DNA of 64,000 nt from an uncultured Bacteroidota bacterium (GTDB lineage: Bacteria > Bacteroidota > Ignavibacteria > UBA10030 > UBA8401). The translations under genes and the position numbers were made by a program. The DNA is taken from assembly GCA_937920105.1 (NCBI GenBank), contig CALETH010000131.1, positions 6,400-70,399 of the forward strand, given 5' to 3'. Numbering within the stretch: position 1 is the first letter of the stretch; every line of letters begins with the position of its first letter. Under the pieces are notes generated by a model that searched no databases, was not told where the DNA came from, and saw nothing but the letters and a program-made list of their open reading frames with translations. This document shows, piece after piece, positions 20,675 through 29,952 of this stretch.

Positions 20675-21196
20675 ATGAAAAGCATGTTCTTCGTCATCGC
20701 AATTATTTTTTTCACACTTCCAATCTATGCACAAGTACAAGTAGAGGAAGGTCAGGAAGATGAATGCTATCAAGAAATTATTCAAGATATGAACAAAGAA
20801 ATAGCAGAAGCACCAACGAACGCAGAGTTGTATATCACACGTGGCAATGCGAAATATTATTTAGATGATTTTCGTGGAGCAATGTCTGACTACAAACAAG
20901 CATTAGAAAATAATGAAAGTTCTGCAGAAGCATATTGCCGGCTTGGAATGGTGAAGTTGCAATTTCTCAATCAATTTGAAGAATCGCTTGCAGATTTTGA
21001 AAAATCCATTGAGTTAAATGAAAAATATGCTCTTGCGTATTATGGTAGAGGTTTAGCAAAAATTGCCAAACAAGAAGATGATAAAGAAGGCGGTTGTGCA
21101 GATTTAAGCAAAGCCGGAGAATTAGGAGAAATCAAAGCATATCAAGCATTAAAAAATTTGTGTAAAAGTTCTAAAGATGTAGCAAAAGAAGAATAA
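20675..21196 (+). CDS. Secreted TPR-repeat protein
   Basis: Signal peptide MKSMFFVIAIIFFTLPIYAQ, then TPR-like helical repeats. Confidence 0.6.
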   Translation: MKSMFFVIAIIFFTLPIYAQVQVEEGQEDECYQEIIQDMNKEIAEAPTNAELYITRGNAKYYLDDFRGAMSDYKQALENNESSAEAYCRLGMVKLQFLNQFEESLADFEKSIELNEKYALAYYGRGLAKIAKQEDDKEGGCADLSKAGELGEIKAYQALKNLCKSSKDVAKEE

Positions 21197-21211
21197 ATTT
21201 TACATATCTGC

Positions 21212-22366
21212 ATGTCTAAAGGAGCGCATCTACATAACATTGCAACAAAAAATCTTCGTACCGAGGAAATGGTTCTCAATATGGGACCGCAACATCCATC
21301 AACGCATGGGGTGCTGCGGCTTGAACTTCTTGTTGATGGAGAAATTGTTGTTGATGTCATTCCCCACATAGGTTACCTTCATCGCTGTTTTGAAAAACAC
21401 GCCGAACAAATGCTCAACTATCAACAAATCATTCCGTATGTTGATAGGATGGATTATGTTGCTTCCATGACGAATGAGTTTGCATTTGTTACCGCCGCAG
21501 AAAAACTTTTCAATATTCAAGTTCCCGAACGAGTAGAATACATTCGCGTAATTATGGCGGAGTTGCAACGCATCGCCAGTCATCTTATTGCTGTTGGAAC
21601 CTACGGAATTGATATTGGAGCGTTCACACCATTTTTATATTGTTTCCGTGACCGCGAAAAAATTTTAGATTTATTTGAGATGACCTCCGGTGCACGGCTT
21701 CTTTACAATTATATGTGCATTGGCGGATTGTATCATGATTTGCCAAATGGATTTATTGAAAAAGCAAAAGAATTTTGTCAATACTTTAGAAAACAATTAA
21801 AAGATTTTAATGATTTATTGACATACAATGAAATTTTTATAAACCGAACAGCAAATGTGGGAATCCTTCCTGTAGATGTTGGTATTAATTATGCATGCAG
21901 TGGTCCAATGTTGCGGGGTTCCGGTGTAGATTGGGATTTGCGCCGTGATGACCCATATTCAATTTATCATAAATTGGAATGGGAAGTTTGTGTTGCAAAA
22001 GGGGAAGTGGGAAAGATTGGTGATTGTTGGAATAGACATTTTGTGCGTGTGCGAGAAATGGAGCAAAGCATTCTTATAATAGAGCAAGCGTTGGCACAAC
22101 TTCCGGAAGGAGATGTGAAATCCGCAATTCCTAAAAGAATACGACCGTTGCCTGCAGAAATTTACGTACGCACAGAAGCACCACGTGGAGAATTGGGATT
22201 TTATATTGTGAGTGATAATTCTACATCACCGTACCGTGTGAAAGCACGTTCATCTGCATTTGTGAACTTGAGTGTGATTGCAGAAATTGCTCGTGGTGCA
22301 ATGCTTGCCGATATGGTTGCCATTATCGGAAGTATTGATATTGTGTTGGGTGAAGTGGATAGATGA
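21212..22366 (+). CDS. nuoD: NADH-quinone oxidoreductase subunit D
   Basis: 384 aa, 49 kDa subunit ([16 protein letters not shown]). Confidence 0.96.
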   Translation: MSKGAHLHNIATKNLRTEEMVLNMGPQHPSTHGVLRLELLVDGEIVVDVIPHIGYLHRCFEKHAEQMLNYQQIIPYVDRMDYVASMTNEFAFVTAAEKLFNIQVPERVEYIRVIMAELQRIASHLIAVGTYGIDIGAFTPFLYCFRDREKILDLFEMTSGARLLYNYMCIGGLYHDLPNGFIEKAKEFCQYFRKQLKDFNDLLTYNEIFINRTANVGILPVDVGINYACSGPMLRGSGVDWDLRRDDPYSIYHKLEWEVCVAKGEVGKIGDCWNRHFVRVREMEQSILIIEQALAQLPEGDVKSAIPKRIRPLPAEIYVRTEAPRGELGFYIVSDNSTSPYRVKARSSAFVNLSVIAEIARGAMLADMVAIIGSIDIVLGEVDR

Positions 22367-22439
22367 TGTTTAATGGAAAGTTGCAAATGAGGAATTGATA
22401 ATATAAAAAATAATATACTTTTAAATAAGTGAGGTATTT

Positions 22440-22691
22440 ATGATAACAGCAAAAGAAGCCACACAAGCAGCAATAAAATATTTCCAAGAAGTTTTTAATG
22501 GCCGTTATGATAATTTAGCAGTAGAAGAAATCGAATTATCTTCTGATGAAAAATTTTGGTCTATTACACTTGGTTATAATATGATGTCAACAATGACAAT
22601 GCTTGTACCTACATCGCAACGAACATATAAAGAATTTAAAGTTTCTGCTGAAAGTGGTAAAGTTACTGCGATGAAAATCCATAATGTTTAA
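22440..22691 (+). CDS. Small hypothetical protein, possibly PepSY-like
   Basis: 83 aa; weak resemblance to the PepSY fold pattern (LAVEEIEL...FKVSAESGKVTAMKI). Confidence 0.35.
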   Translation: MITAKEATQAAIKYFQEVFNGRYDNLAVEEIELSSDEKFWSITLGYNMMSTMTMLVPTSQRTYKEFKVSAESGKVTAMKIHNV

Positions 22692-22696
22692 TATAT

Positions 22697-23207
22697 ATGG
22701 CGGATTATTATATTGAATTGTTAAAAAAATATTATTCTAAAGGTATACTTATAGATACAAATTTACTTTTGATATTTATTATTGGAATGTGTGATAAAAA
22801 TTATATCGCAACATTTAAGCGAACAAAGACATTTTCGTCTGAAGATTATGATATTCTTTTTCATATACTTCAACCATTTTGTAAAATCATAACAACACCA
22901 AATATTCTTACAGAAGTTAGTAATCATCTCGGATTTTTAGAGGAGTCTTTGAAACAGAAAGTTTTGAAAACTTATTTCTAATAATATTAATTCTTATTTT
23001 GCGGAAAGTTATCATAAAAGCAATTTTCTTTCTTCAAAAGATTTTTTTCATAAATTTGGACTTACGGATTCCAGCATTATTGAAGAAGCAAAAAATAAGT
23101 ATTTAGTTCTTACGGAAGATTTAAAATTAACCAATTATCTCCAATACCAAAAAATAGATGTCATGAATTTTCATCATTTGCAAACAATAAATTGGTATTC
23201 AACATAA
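22697..23207 (+). pseudogene. PIN-domain (VapC-like) nuclease gene disrupted by a +1 frameshift near 22968-22981
   Basis: Track ORF 22697..22981 encodes the PIN N-terminal motif (GILIDTNLLL). The C-terminal half (…FAESYHKSNFLSSKDFFHKFGLTDSSIIEEAKNKYLVLTEDLKLTNY…, stop about 23207) continues in a different frame with no start codon. Confidence 0.65.
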
Positions 23208-23242
23208 TATAAACCCATTTCACTCACTTAAATTTATCTATT

Positions 23243-24373
23243 ATGGAAAACTCATACACAGAAACAACATCAAAATCTTGGGGAAATAGAATAATGGAAT
23301 CTCTCAAAGGGATTCTTTTCGGACTTCTTCTTGTTGCACTTGCATTTATCGTTTTATGGTGGAACGAAGGACGTGCCGTAAAAACTGCAAAAAGTTTAGA
23401 AGAAGGTGCATCCAGCGTTGTAACAATTTCTTCATCTGCTGTTGCAAAAGAAAACGAGCAAAAACTTGTTCATCTTACCGGAATGGCAACAACAAATGAA
23501 ATATTAATTGATGCAGATTTTAAAATTTCTCTTCCTGCAATTAAACTTAGAAGAATTGTGGAAATGTATCAATGGAAAGAAGAAAAATCTGAAAAGAAAG
23601 AAAAGAAAATGGGCGGCTCGGAAGAAACGGTAACAACGTATTCTTATAAAAAAGTGTGGGATGATAATATTATTTCTTCTGAAAATTTTAAACAAAAAGA
23701 AGGACATACTAATCCAACAACATTTCAATATTCTTCATCTGAAAAAATTGCACAAAATGTTCAAGTTGGTGGCTTTACACTTTCACCATCACTCATTCAA
23801 AAAATAAATAAATACGAAAAACTCAATCCGCAAACATTTGATTCTACACAAAAATCTTCGCAAGAAATTTATATTGGAAGAGGAAATATTAATTCACCGG
23901 AAATTGGAGATGTAAAAATCTCTTTTGAAGCAGTAAAGCCAATCGAAGTAAGCATTGTTGCAAAACAAGTAGGAAATTCTTTTGAACCATATAAAGCAGA
24001 AGCCGGCGGTGAAGTAGAATTACTGGAGTATGGAAATGTTCCTGCCGCAAAAATGTTTTCTGAAGCACAATCCACCAATACAACAATGACATGGATTTTC
24101 CGCATTGCTGGAATTGCAATGATGTTTTTTGGAATTATGACAATTTTTAAACCACTCGTTACCGTTGCTGATGTGTTACCATTTCTCGGAAGTATATTAA
24201 ATATGGGACTCGGAATTTTTTCTGCTGTAATTTCATTTTCATTAAGTTTTATTACCATTGCCCTTGCGTGGTTATTTTACCGTCCTGTGTTGGGAATTAT
24301 TTTATTAGTTATTGGTATTGGAATTTTTGTGGGAATAAAATTTATTTCACCGAAAAAGAAAACAGCGAAATAA
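23243..24373 (+). CDS. TMEM43-like (DUF1625-type) membrane protein
   Basis: 376 aa, N-terminal TM (LFGLLLVALAFIVLWWNEGR), large soluble domain, C-terminal cluster of TM helices; architecture resembles bacterial TMEM43 homologues. Confidence 0.5.
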   Translation: MENSYTETTSKSWGNRIMESLKGILFGLLLVALAFIVLWWNEGRAVKTAKSLEEGASSVVTISSSAVAKENEQKLVHLTGMATTNEILIDADFKISLPAIKLRRIVEMYQWKEEKSEKKEKKMGGSEETVTTYSYKKVWDDNIISSENFKQKEGHTNPTTFQYSSSEKIAQNVQVGGFTLSPSLIQKINKYEKLNPQTFDSTQKSSQEIYIGRGNINSPEIGDVKISFEAVKPIEVSIVAKQVGNSFEPYKAEAGGEVELLEYGNVPAAKMFSEAQSTNTTMTWIFRIAGIAMMFFGIMTIFKPLVTVADVLPFLGSILNMGLGIFSAVISFSLSFITIALAWLFYRPVLGIILLVIGIGIFVGIKFISPKKKTAK

Positions 24374-24380
24374 GATTTGT

Positions 24381-24405
24381 AGGGACGGTTGCAAAACCGT
24401 CCTTG
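24381..24405. repeat. Hairpin with GGTTGCAAAACC core
   Basis: agggacggttgcaaaaccgtccttg; sister copy agaatggttgcaaaaccattcca at 2664-2686. Both lie just 3' of plus-strand stop codons. Confidence 0.6.
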
Positions 24406-24416
24406 GAAATTTTTAG

Positions 24417-24523
24417 AGAAACGTTCCCTCTATTTTGAAAAAAATCCAAAAGATGGAAAATTGTGGAAGAAAATAAAAGACGAATTTCTTAAAGCAAAAA
24501 ACTATAAGAGAATAGAAAAATAG
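24417..24523 (+). other. Degenerate duplicate of the 3' end of the antitoxin gene 24614..24841
   Basis: gaaacgttccctctattttgaaaaaaatccaaaagatggaaaattgtggaagaaaataaaagacgaatttcttaaagcaaaaaactataag aligns at about 85% with 24751-24841 (…RSLYFEKNPEGGKLWEEIKDEFLKGKKL). Confidence 0.75.
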
Positions 24524-24534
24524 AAACTGAAATA

Positions 24535-24567
24535 AGATTTGTCTAGTTTCAAAAACTTGACAAATCT
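24535..24567. repeat. Palindromic repeat AGAT-stem-TTTAAAA-stem-ATCT (variant A)
   Basis: agatttgtctagtttcaaaaacttgacaaatct. Confidence 0.8.
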
Positions 24568-24613
24568 AATCATAGTAATCCTATAAATTAAGGTCAAATC
24601 AAGAGGCAAATGT

Positions 24614-24841
24614 ATGCAAACACATCTTCGTAATAAAATAAATAAATTGAGCGTTTCTGAAAAAATTTTACTCGTTGAAGAACTTTGGGATGATATTGCT
24701 CGTAAGAATGAAACTTTTGAATTATCACAAAGTCAAAAAAGTGAATTAGAGAAACGCTCACTCTATTTTGAAAAAAATCCAGAAGGTGGAAAATTGTGGG
24801 AAGAAATAAAAGACGAATTTCTTAAAGGCAAAAAATTATAA
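24614..24841 (+). CDS. Putative addiction-module antitoxin (TIGR02574-like) paired with ParE-type toxin
   Basis: 75 aa, LSVSEKILLVEELWDDI...SQSQKSELEKR...NPEGGKLWEEIKDEF matches the 'putative addiction module component' family pattern. Confidence 0.7.
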   Translation: MQTHLRNKINKLSVSEKILLVEELWDDIARKNETFELSQSQKSELEKRSLYFEKNPEGGKLWEEIKDEFLKGKKL

Positions 24842-25134
24842 TGTCTATTCGTTTTCATCCTGAATCTGAAAAAGAATTAAAAGAGTCCGTTTATTGGTAT
24901 GAATATCAACGTAAAGGTCTTGGATTTGAATTTCTTTTTTGTGTTGATGAAGCCATAGAACAAATAAAAAATCGTCCTCAAATGTATCCACTCGTTACAG
25001 AAAAAACTCGTCGTATAGTTGTTAAAAGATTTCCCTTTGCTATTTTTTACGAAACAAATAAATCCAGTATTTATATTTTGGCTATTTTTCATTTACGACG
25101 CAATCCAAAAGAATGGAAAAATAGAAAATCATAG
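24841..25134 (+). CDS. ParE/RelE-family toxin (plasmid stabilisation system protein)
   Basis: 97 aa, IRFHPESEKELKESVYWYE...FPFAIFYE...IYILAIFHLRRNPKEW; TAATG overlap with the antitoxin gene. Confidence 0.75.
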   Translation: MSIRFHPESEKELKESVYWYEYQRKGLGFEFLFCVDEAIEQIKNRPQMYPLVTEKTRRIVVKRFPFAIFYETNKSSIYILAIFHLRRNPKEWKNRKS

Positions 25135-25171
25135 TCATATCATTACAATCCTATAAATCATAGTTTAAGCC

Positions 25172-26218
25172 ATGCCCGAGTTTCTTACCAATATTTTTGG
25201 AAAAACAATAATTGTTCACATTATCATGGGAGCAGTACCGTTATTATTTATACTTCCGTACGCTCTTGTAGTTATTTATGTGGAAATGAAACTTTCTTCC
25301 CACATGCAAAACCGTGTGGGATATATGAGAACCGGTTGGCATGGAACACTGCAACCTTTTGCAGATATTTTCAAACTCTTACAAAAAGAAAATATTGTTC
25401 CAGCAGAAGCAGATAAAATTTTATTTTCATTAGCACCATTTATAGTTTTTATCGGAATGTATGCTGCGTACGCAGTGCTGCCTTTTGGAAGCGGATATGT
25501 TGGCAGCGAAATGGAAATCGGAATTTTTTATCTACTCGCAGTTTCTTCATTAGTGGTTGTAGGAATTTTGATGGCTGGCTGGTCATCCAATAATAAATGG
25601 TCATTATTAGGAGCAATGCGTTCTGTTGCACAAATTGTAAGTTACGAAATTCCGGCAGCATTAGCATTGCTTGGAGTGGTGATGCTTGCCGGAACAATGA
25701 ATACCGAAATGTTAAGTGCAATGCAATCCGGTGGAATGCACGAATGGTTTATTTTTGGCGGAACATTACCATTGTGGAAAAAATTTACAATCATTCCCTT
25801 TATGTTTATAATTTTTTTGGTGTATCTCGTTTCATCAATGGCAGAGGTAAATCGGACACCATTTGATTTGCCCGAAGCAGAATCTGAATTAGTGCAGGGT
25901 TACAATACAGAATACAGCGGAATGAAATTTGCTATTTTTTATTTAGCAGAATATGGAAATTTATTTTTAATTTCTGCTATTGCAGTAATTGTATTTTTTG
26001 GCGGATATACAAGTCCGTTTGGAAAATTTCTTTCCGGAGGTGTGTGGGATGTTTTTTGGTTTATCACCAAAGGAATGTTGTTAGTACTTATTAATATTTG
26101 GATTCGTTGGACTCTTCCTCGTTTGCGAGTTGACCAACTCATGTACGTTTCATGGAAAGTCCTTACACCATTTGCTTTGGTTGGAATTATTGTTATCGGA
26201 TTTATTTTGGTTGTGTAA
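25172..26218 (+). CDS. nuoH: NADH-quinone oxidoreductase subunit H
   Basis: 348 aa polytopic membrane protein with ND1/NuoH signature (SEMEIGIFYLLAVSSL, RTPFDLPEAESELVQGYNTEYSG). Confidence 0.96.
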   Translation: MPEFLTNIFGKTIIVHIIMGAVPLLFILPYALVVIYVEMKLSSHMQNRVGYMRTGWHGTLQPFADIFKLLQKENIVPAEADKILFSLAPFIVFIGMYAAYAVLPFGSGYVGSEMEIGIFYLLAVSSLVVVGILMAGWSSNNKWSLLGAMRSVAQIVSYEIPAALALLGVVMLAGTMNTEMLSAMQSGGMHEWFIFGGTLPLWKKFTIIPFMFIIFLVYLVSSMAEVNRTPFDLPEAESELVQGYNTEYSGMKFAIFYLAEYGNLFLISAIAVIVFFGGYTSPFGKFLSGGVWDVFWFITKGMLLVLINIWIRWTLPRLRVDQLMYVSWKVLTPFALVGIIVIGFILVV

Positions 26219-26223
26219 GTTTT

Positions 26224-26256
26224 ATATTTGTCAAGTTTTTAAAACTTGACAAATCT
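26224..26256. repeat. Palindromic repeat stem-TTTTTAAAA-stem (variant A)
   Basis: atatttgtcaagtttttaaaacttgacaaatctgtat. Confidence 0.8.
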
Positions 26257-26277
26257 GTATGATATAACTTTATAAGT

Positions 26278-26814
26278 ATGCAATACTTTATCAACATATA
26301 TAAATCACTCCGTTCAGTTATTGTTGGGTTGAAAATTACTGCGAAAAATCTTTTTAAGCCAACAGTAACGATTCAATATCCGGATGTGAAAAAAGCAATG
26401 CCGGAGCGGACAAGAAATCGTTTGTATGTCAATATGGATGATTGTATTGGCTGCGACCAATGTGCAATTGCATGTCCGGTAAACTGCATTACCATAGAAA
26501 CAATCAAATCAACACCCGAAGATAATCTTGGTGTAACATCAACAGGACACAAAAAGAAACTTCATGTTCCCGTGTTTGATATTGATATTGCGAAATGTTG
26601 TTATTGTGGATTGTGCGTTCCACCATGTCCCACAGATTGTATTGTGATGACACCGGTGTACGAATTTTCTGAATTTGATAGACAAAATTTAATTTATAAT
26701 TTCAGCACGATGACCCCTTCTGAAATTGAAACAGCAAAACTCAAAGCAAAGAAAATGGAAGAAGAAATTGCTGCGAAAAAATCAGCACAAAATTCTACAA
26801 CTGGTTCTGTATAA
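26278..26814 (+). CDS. nuoI: NADH-quinone oxidoreductase subunit I (2x[4Fe-4S] ferredoxin)
   Basis: CIGCDQCAIACP and CCYCGLCVPPCP motifs. Confidence 0.95.
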   Translation: MQYFINIYKSLRSVIVGLKITAKNLFKPTVTIQYPDVKKAMPERTRNRLYVNMDDCIGCDQCAIACPVNCITIETIKSTPEDNLGVTSTGHKKKLHVPVFDIDIAKCCYCGLCVPPCPTDCIVMTPVYEFSEFDRQNLIYNFSTMTPSEIETAKLKAKKMEEEIAAKKSAQNSTTGSV

Positions 26815-26816
26815 AC

Positions 26817-26862
26817 TCCCCTCTGTGTATTGGCAAGAGCAATGGAGAGAGGGGTGTGTCCA
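26817..26862. repeat. Repeat family P hairpin
   Basis: cccctctgtgtattggcaagagcaatggagagaggggtgtgtcc, compare 10741-10795. Translation of this element produces the spurious N-terminal extension of the nuoJ ORF in the track. Confidence 0.75.
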
Positions 26863-26907
26863 AAAAATAAGAAGAAAAAATTAAGAATTAAGAAAGATAC
26901 TATTACA

Positions 26908-27420
26908 ATGTTCCTCCAACTTTTCGACATCATCTTTTATTTTTTTGCAACAGTAACACTCATTTCTGCAGGGATTGTTGTATTCTCAAAAAATATAGTA
27001 CGCTCAGCATTCTCATTAGTCTTTACATTTTTTGGAATTGCCGGATTGTATGTATTATTGAATGCAGATTTTGTTGCTGTAGCACAACTCTTTGTGTACG
27101 TTGGCGGAATTTTAGTATTACTATTATTTGCAGTTATGTTAACACAAAAAATTTCTAATCTACAAATGAAAATAACAACACTTCATCCAATAATTGCAAT
27201 AATTCTTGTTGCATCACTTATTGGTGTATTGTGCGGAATTGTGCGGATGAATGACTGGCGAATTATTACAATTTCTGAAATACCACAATCCACAGCACAA
27301 TCAATTGGAAAGGCATTGATAACAACACATATTCTTCCATTTGAAATTATTTCCGTTATTTTACTCGTTGCAATTATCGGAGCAGCAATGCTCGCAAGAA
27401 AGAGCGAAAAAAAATCATGA
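26908..27420 (+). CDS. nuoJ: NADH-quinone oxidoreductase subunit J
   Basis: Start chosen at MFLQLFDIIFYFF (ATG 26908) because the track's first 26 codons lie inside a repeat element; 5 TM ND6/NuoJ-like. Confidence 0.85.
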   Translation: MFLQLFDIIFYFFATVTLISAGIVVFSKNIVRSAFSLVFTFFGIAGLYVLLNADFVAVAQLFVYVGGILVLLLFAVMLTQKISNLQMKITTLHPIIAIILVASLIGVLCGIVRMNDWRIITISEIPQSTAQSIGKALITTHILPFEIISVILLVAIIGAAMLARKSEKKS

Positions 27421-27722
27421 TAACACTTCATCATTTTTTATTTGTTAGTATTATTCTTTTTGGATTAGGTGTGTATGCAGTTTTAACACGTCGCAATGCA
27501 GTGATGGTATTGATGGGAATAGAACTTATTCTCAATGCAGCCAATCTCAATTTTGTTGCTTTTTCTCGTTATGGTGGATTGAAATTAGATGGACAAATGT
27601 TTGCGTTGTTTGTGATTATTCTTGCAGCAGCAGAAGCCGCTGTTGCATTAGCTATCATTCTCAATATTTATCAACGCTTCAATACTATTAATGTGGATGA
27701 TGTTGATACGTTGAAAGAGTGA
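27417..27722 (+). CDS. nuoK: NADH-quinone oxidoreductase subunit K
   Basis: 101 aa, 3 TM, ND4L/NuoK (GIELILNAANLNFVAFS). Confidence 0.95.
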   Translation: MITLHHFLFVSIILFGLGVYAVLTRRNAVMVLMGIELILNAANLNFVAFSRYGGLKLDGQMFALFVIILAAAEAAVALAIILNIYQRFNTINVDDVDTLKE

Positions 27723-27865
27723 CCCTGATTTTCAAGATTACAAGATTACGATGATGTAATTAACAAAATTTTTACTTTGCATCTTAGCGACTTTGCGAGA
27801 CAAAACAAATCCGCGAAAATCATAAAAATCTTAACAATCAGTGCTTTATCAAATAATATAATTTA

Positions 27866-29896
27866 ATGCAAAAAACACTTTTACAATTATCTTTTATTGT
27901 TTTTATTCTTCCTCTGTGCAGTTTTCTTTTTCTTATTTTTTTCGGAAAAAAACTGCGAGCGGAAATATTCGCAACTTCTGTTATTGCAGTAACATTTCTT
28001 TTAAGCATATTTATTGCAACTATAAAATTTTTATCTTTTCCTCAAGAAACATTTCATTATTCTTTTTCTTGGATAAATTTTCCCATCAAGATAGAAACCG
28101 GAATTTTACTCGATAATCCCGCAGCAATAATGCTTGTTATCGTAACATTCATCAGTTTTCTTGTACATCTTTTTTCTATAGAATATATGAAAGGAGATGT
28201 ACGTTACTCACGATATTTTTCTTATCTTGGATTTTTTACCACATCAATGCTCGGAATAATTCTCACCGATAATCTTTTTACGATGTACATGTTTTGGGAA
28301 TTGGTTGGTATTAGTTCCTATCTTCTCATCGGACATTGGTACGAAAAAACTTCTGCTGCCAACGCATCAAAAAAAGCATTTATCGTCAATCGCATTGGTG
28401 ATGTAGGAATGTTCATTGGAATTATGTTGTTGTGGAATAATTTTCACACACTCACATTTGAAGGAATTTTTTCTTCACTCAATACTATAGAAAACACATC
28501 ACTACTAACTGTTGCTGGACTTTTACTTTTTTGCGGAGCAATTGGAAAATCTGCACAATTTCCATTACAAGTGTGGTTGCCGGATGCTATGGAAGGACCA
28601 ACTCCCGTGAGTGCATTAATTCATGCAGCAACAATGGTGGCTGCAGGTGTGTATCTGGTGCTTCGCATTTTTCCGTTACTTACCATCGAAGCGTTAACCG
28701 TGATTGCGTACATCGGAGCAGTTACAGCATTTATTGCAGCAACAATTGCAGTTGTTCAAACAGACATCAAAAAAATATTGGCGTACTCTACAATAAGTCA
28801 GTTGGGATATATGATGCTTGGTTTGGGTTCACTTGGATATACAGCGGGATTTTTTCATTTAGTTACACATGCAATTTTTAAGGCGGGACTTTTTCTCGGA
28901 GCCGGTTCGGTAATTTATGCAATGCACAATTCAATACAGGCATTACATCACACAAAAAATCATGATGTTGATGCACAAAATATTTTTTTTATGGGTGGAT
29001 TGAAAAAGAAAATGCCAATTACATTTTGGACTTTTCTTATGTGCACTTTTGCACTCACGGGAATTCCATTGACTTCCGGATTTTTAAGTAAAGATGAAAT
29101 TCTTACATCAGCACTTGTCTTTGGAAACCACACCAATAATTTTCTTCTTCCGTTGTTGGCTTTCAGTACGGTGATGTTAACATCATTTTATATGTTTCGT
29201 CTTATCATTGTTGCATTTTTAGGAAATCATATTGATGAAAAAAGAATAGAACACATTCACGAATCTCCCAAAGTGATGCTCGTACCATTGATTGTATTGG
29301 CAGTGTTATCATTTTTTGTTTTCTATTCGTTCAATCCATTTTCTGTATCAAACAGTTGGTTTACAAAAATTATTACTTTACCACGTTCACTTATTTCAAC
29401 CTATCTTCCTGAACACAGAAAATTTGCAGTAACACCACATCAACAAATACACACTCTTGCAATGGTTGTTTCGTTTGGGGCAACATTATTAGGAATATTA
29501 TTTGCATTTCTTTTGTATTATTGGAAAAAGATTTCTCCACAAAAGATTGCACAAAAATCTCGTTTATTATATTCATTTTTTTCTCAACAATGGTACTTTG
29601 ATAGATTCTATAATATATTTGTGGTGAAAGGAACACTTGCATTTTCTAAAATTTTTTCTTGGTTTGATGTAAAAGTTATTGATGGATGTGTGAATGGAAC
29701 AGCAGTACTATTTCAAAAAATTTCTTTTGTGAGTGGAAAATTTGATTCCATTATTGTTGATGGAATCGTTAATTTTATTGCGTATTTTTCCGGCATGTTG
29801 GGATTAGGGTTACGAAAAATCCAAACAGGAAAAGTGCAAACTTACATTGCATTAGTAATCGTTGGAATTTTAATTTTATTTTTTGTGTATAAATGA
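27866..29896 (+). CDS. nuoL: NADH-quinone oxidoreductase subunit L
   Basis: 676 aa antiporter-like subunit (WLPDAMEGPTPVSALIHAATMV). Confidence 0.96.
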   Translation: MQKTLLQLSFIVFILPLCSFLFLIFFGKKLRAEIFATSVIAVTFLLSIFIATIKFLSFPQETFHYSFSWINFPIKIETGILLDNPAAIMLVIVTFISFLVHLFSIEYMKGDVRYSRYFSYLGFFTTSMLGIILTDNLFTMYMFWELVGISSYLLIGHWYEKTSAANASKKAFIVNRIGDVGMFIGIMLLWNNFHTLTFEGIFSSLNTIENTSLLTVAGLLLFCGAIGKSAQFPLQVWLPDAMEGPTPVSALIHAATMVAAGVYLVLRIFPLLTIEALTVIAYIGAVTAFIAATIAVVQTDIKKILAYSTISQLGYMMLGLGSLGYTAGFFHLVTHAIFKAGLFLGAGSVIYAMHNSIQALHHTKNHDVDAQNIFFMGGLKKKMPITFWTFLMCTFALTGIPLTSGFLSKDEILTSALVFGNHTNNFLLPLLAFSTVMLTSFYMFRLIIVAFLGNHIDEKRIEHIHESPKVMLVPLIVLAVLSFFVFYSFNPFSVSNSWFTKIITLPRSLISTYLPEHRKFAVTPHQQIHTLAMVVSFGATLLGILFAFLLYYWKKISPQKIAQKSRLLYSFFSQQWYFDRFYNIFVVKGTLAFSKIFSWFDVKVIDGCVNGTAVLFQKISFVSGKFDSIIVDGIVNFIAYFSGMLGLGLRKIQTGKVQTYIALVIVGILILFFVYK

Positions 29897-29952
29897 ATAT
29901 AATTTTAAAAAAATACAATTTTATATTTATAAACTATAATAAGGAATAAATT

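Noticed and set aside
26830-26907. N-terminal extension MARAMERGVCPKNKKKKLRIKKDTIT of the nuoJ ORF
   Set aside because: It is the translation of a GC-rich family P palindrome; NuoJ homologues start at the downstream Met (MFLQLFDII…).
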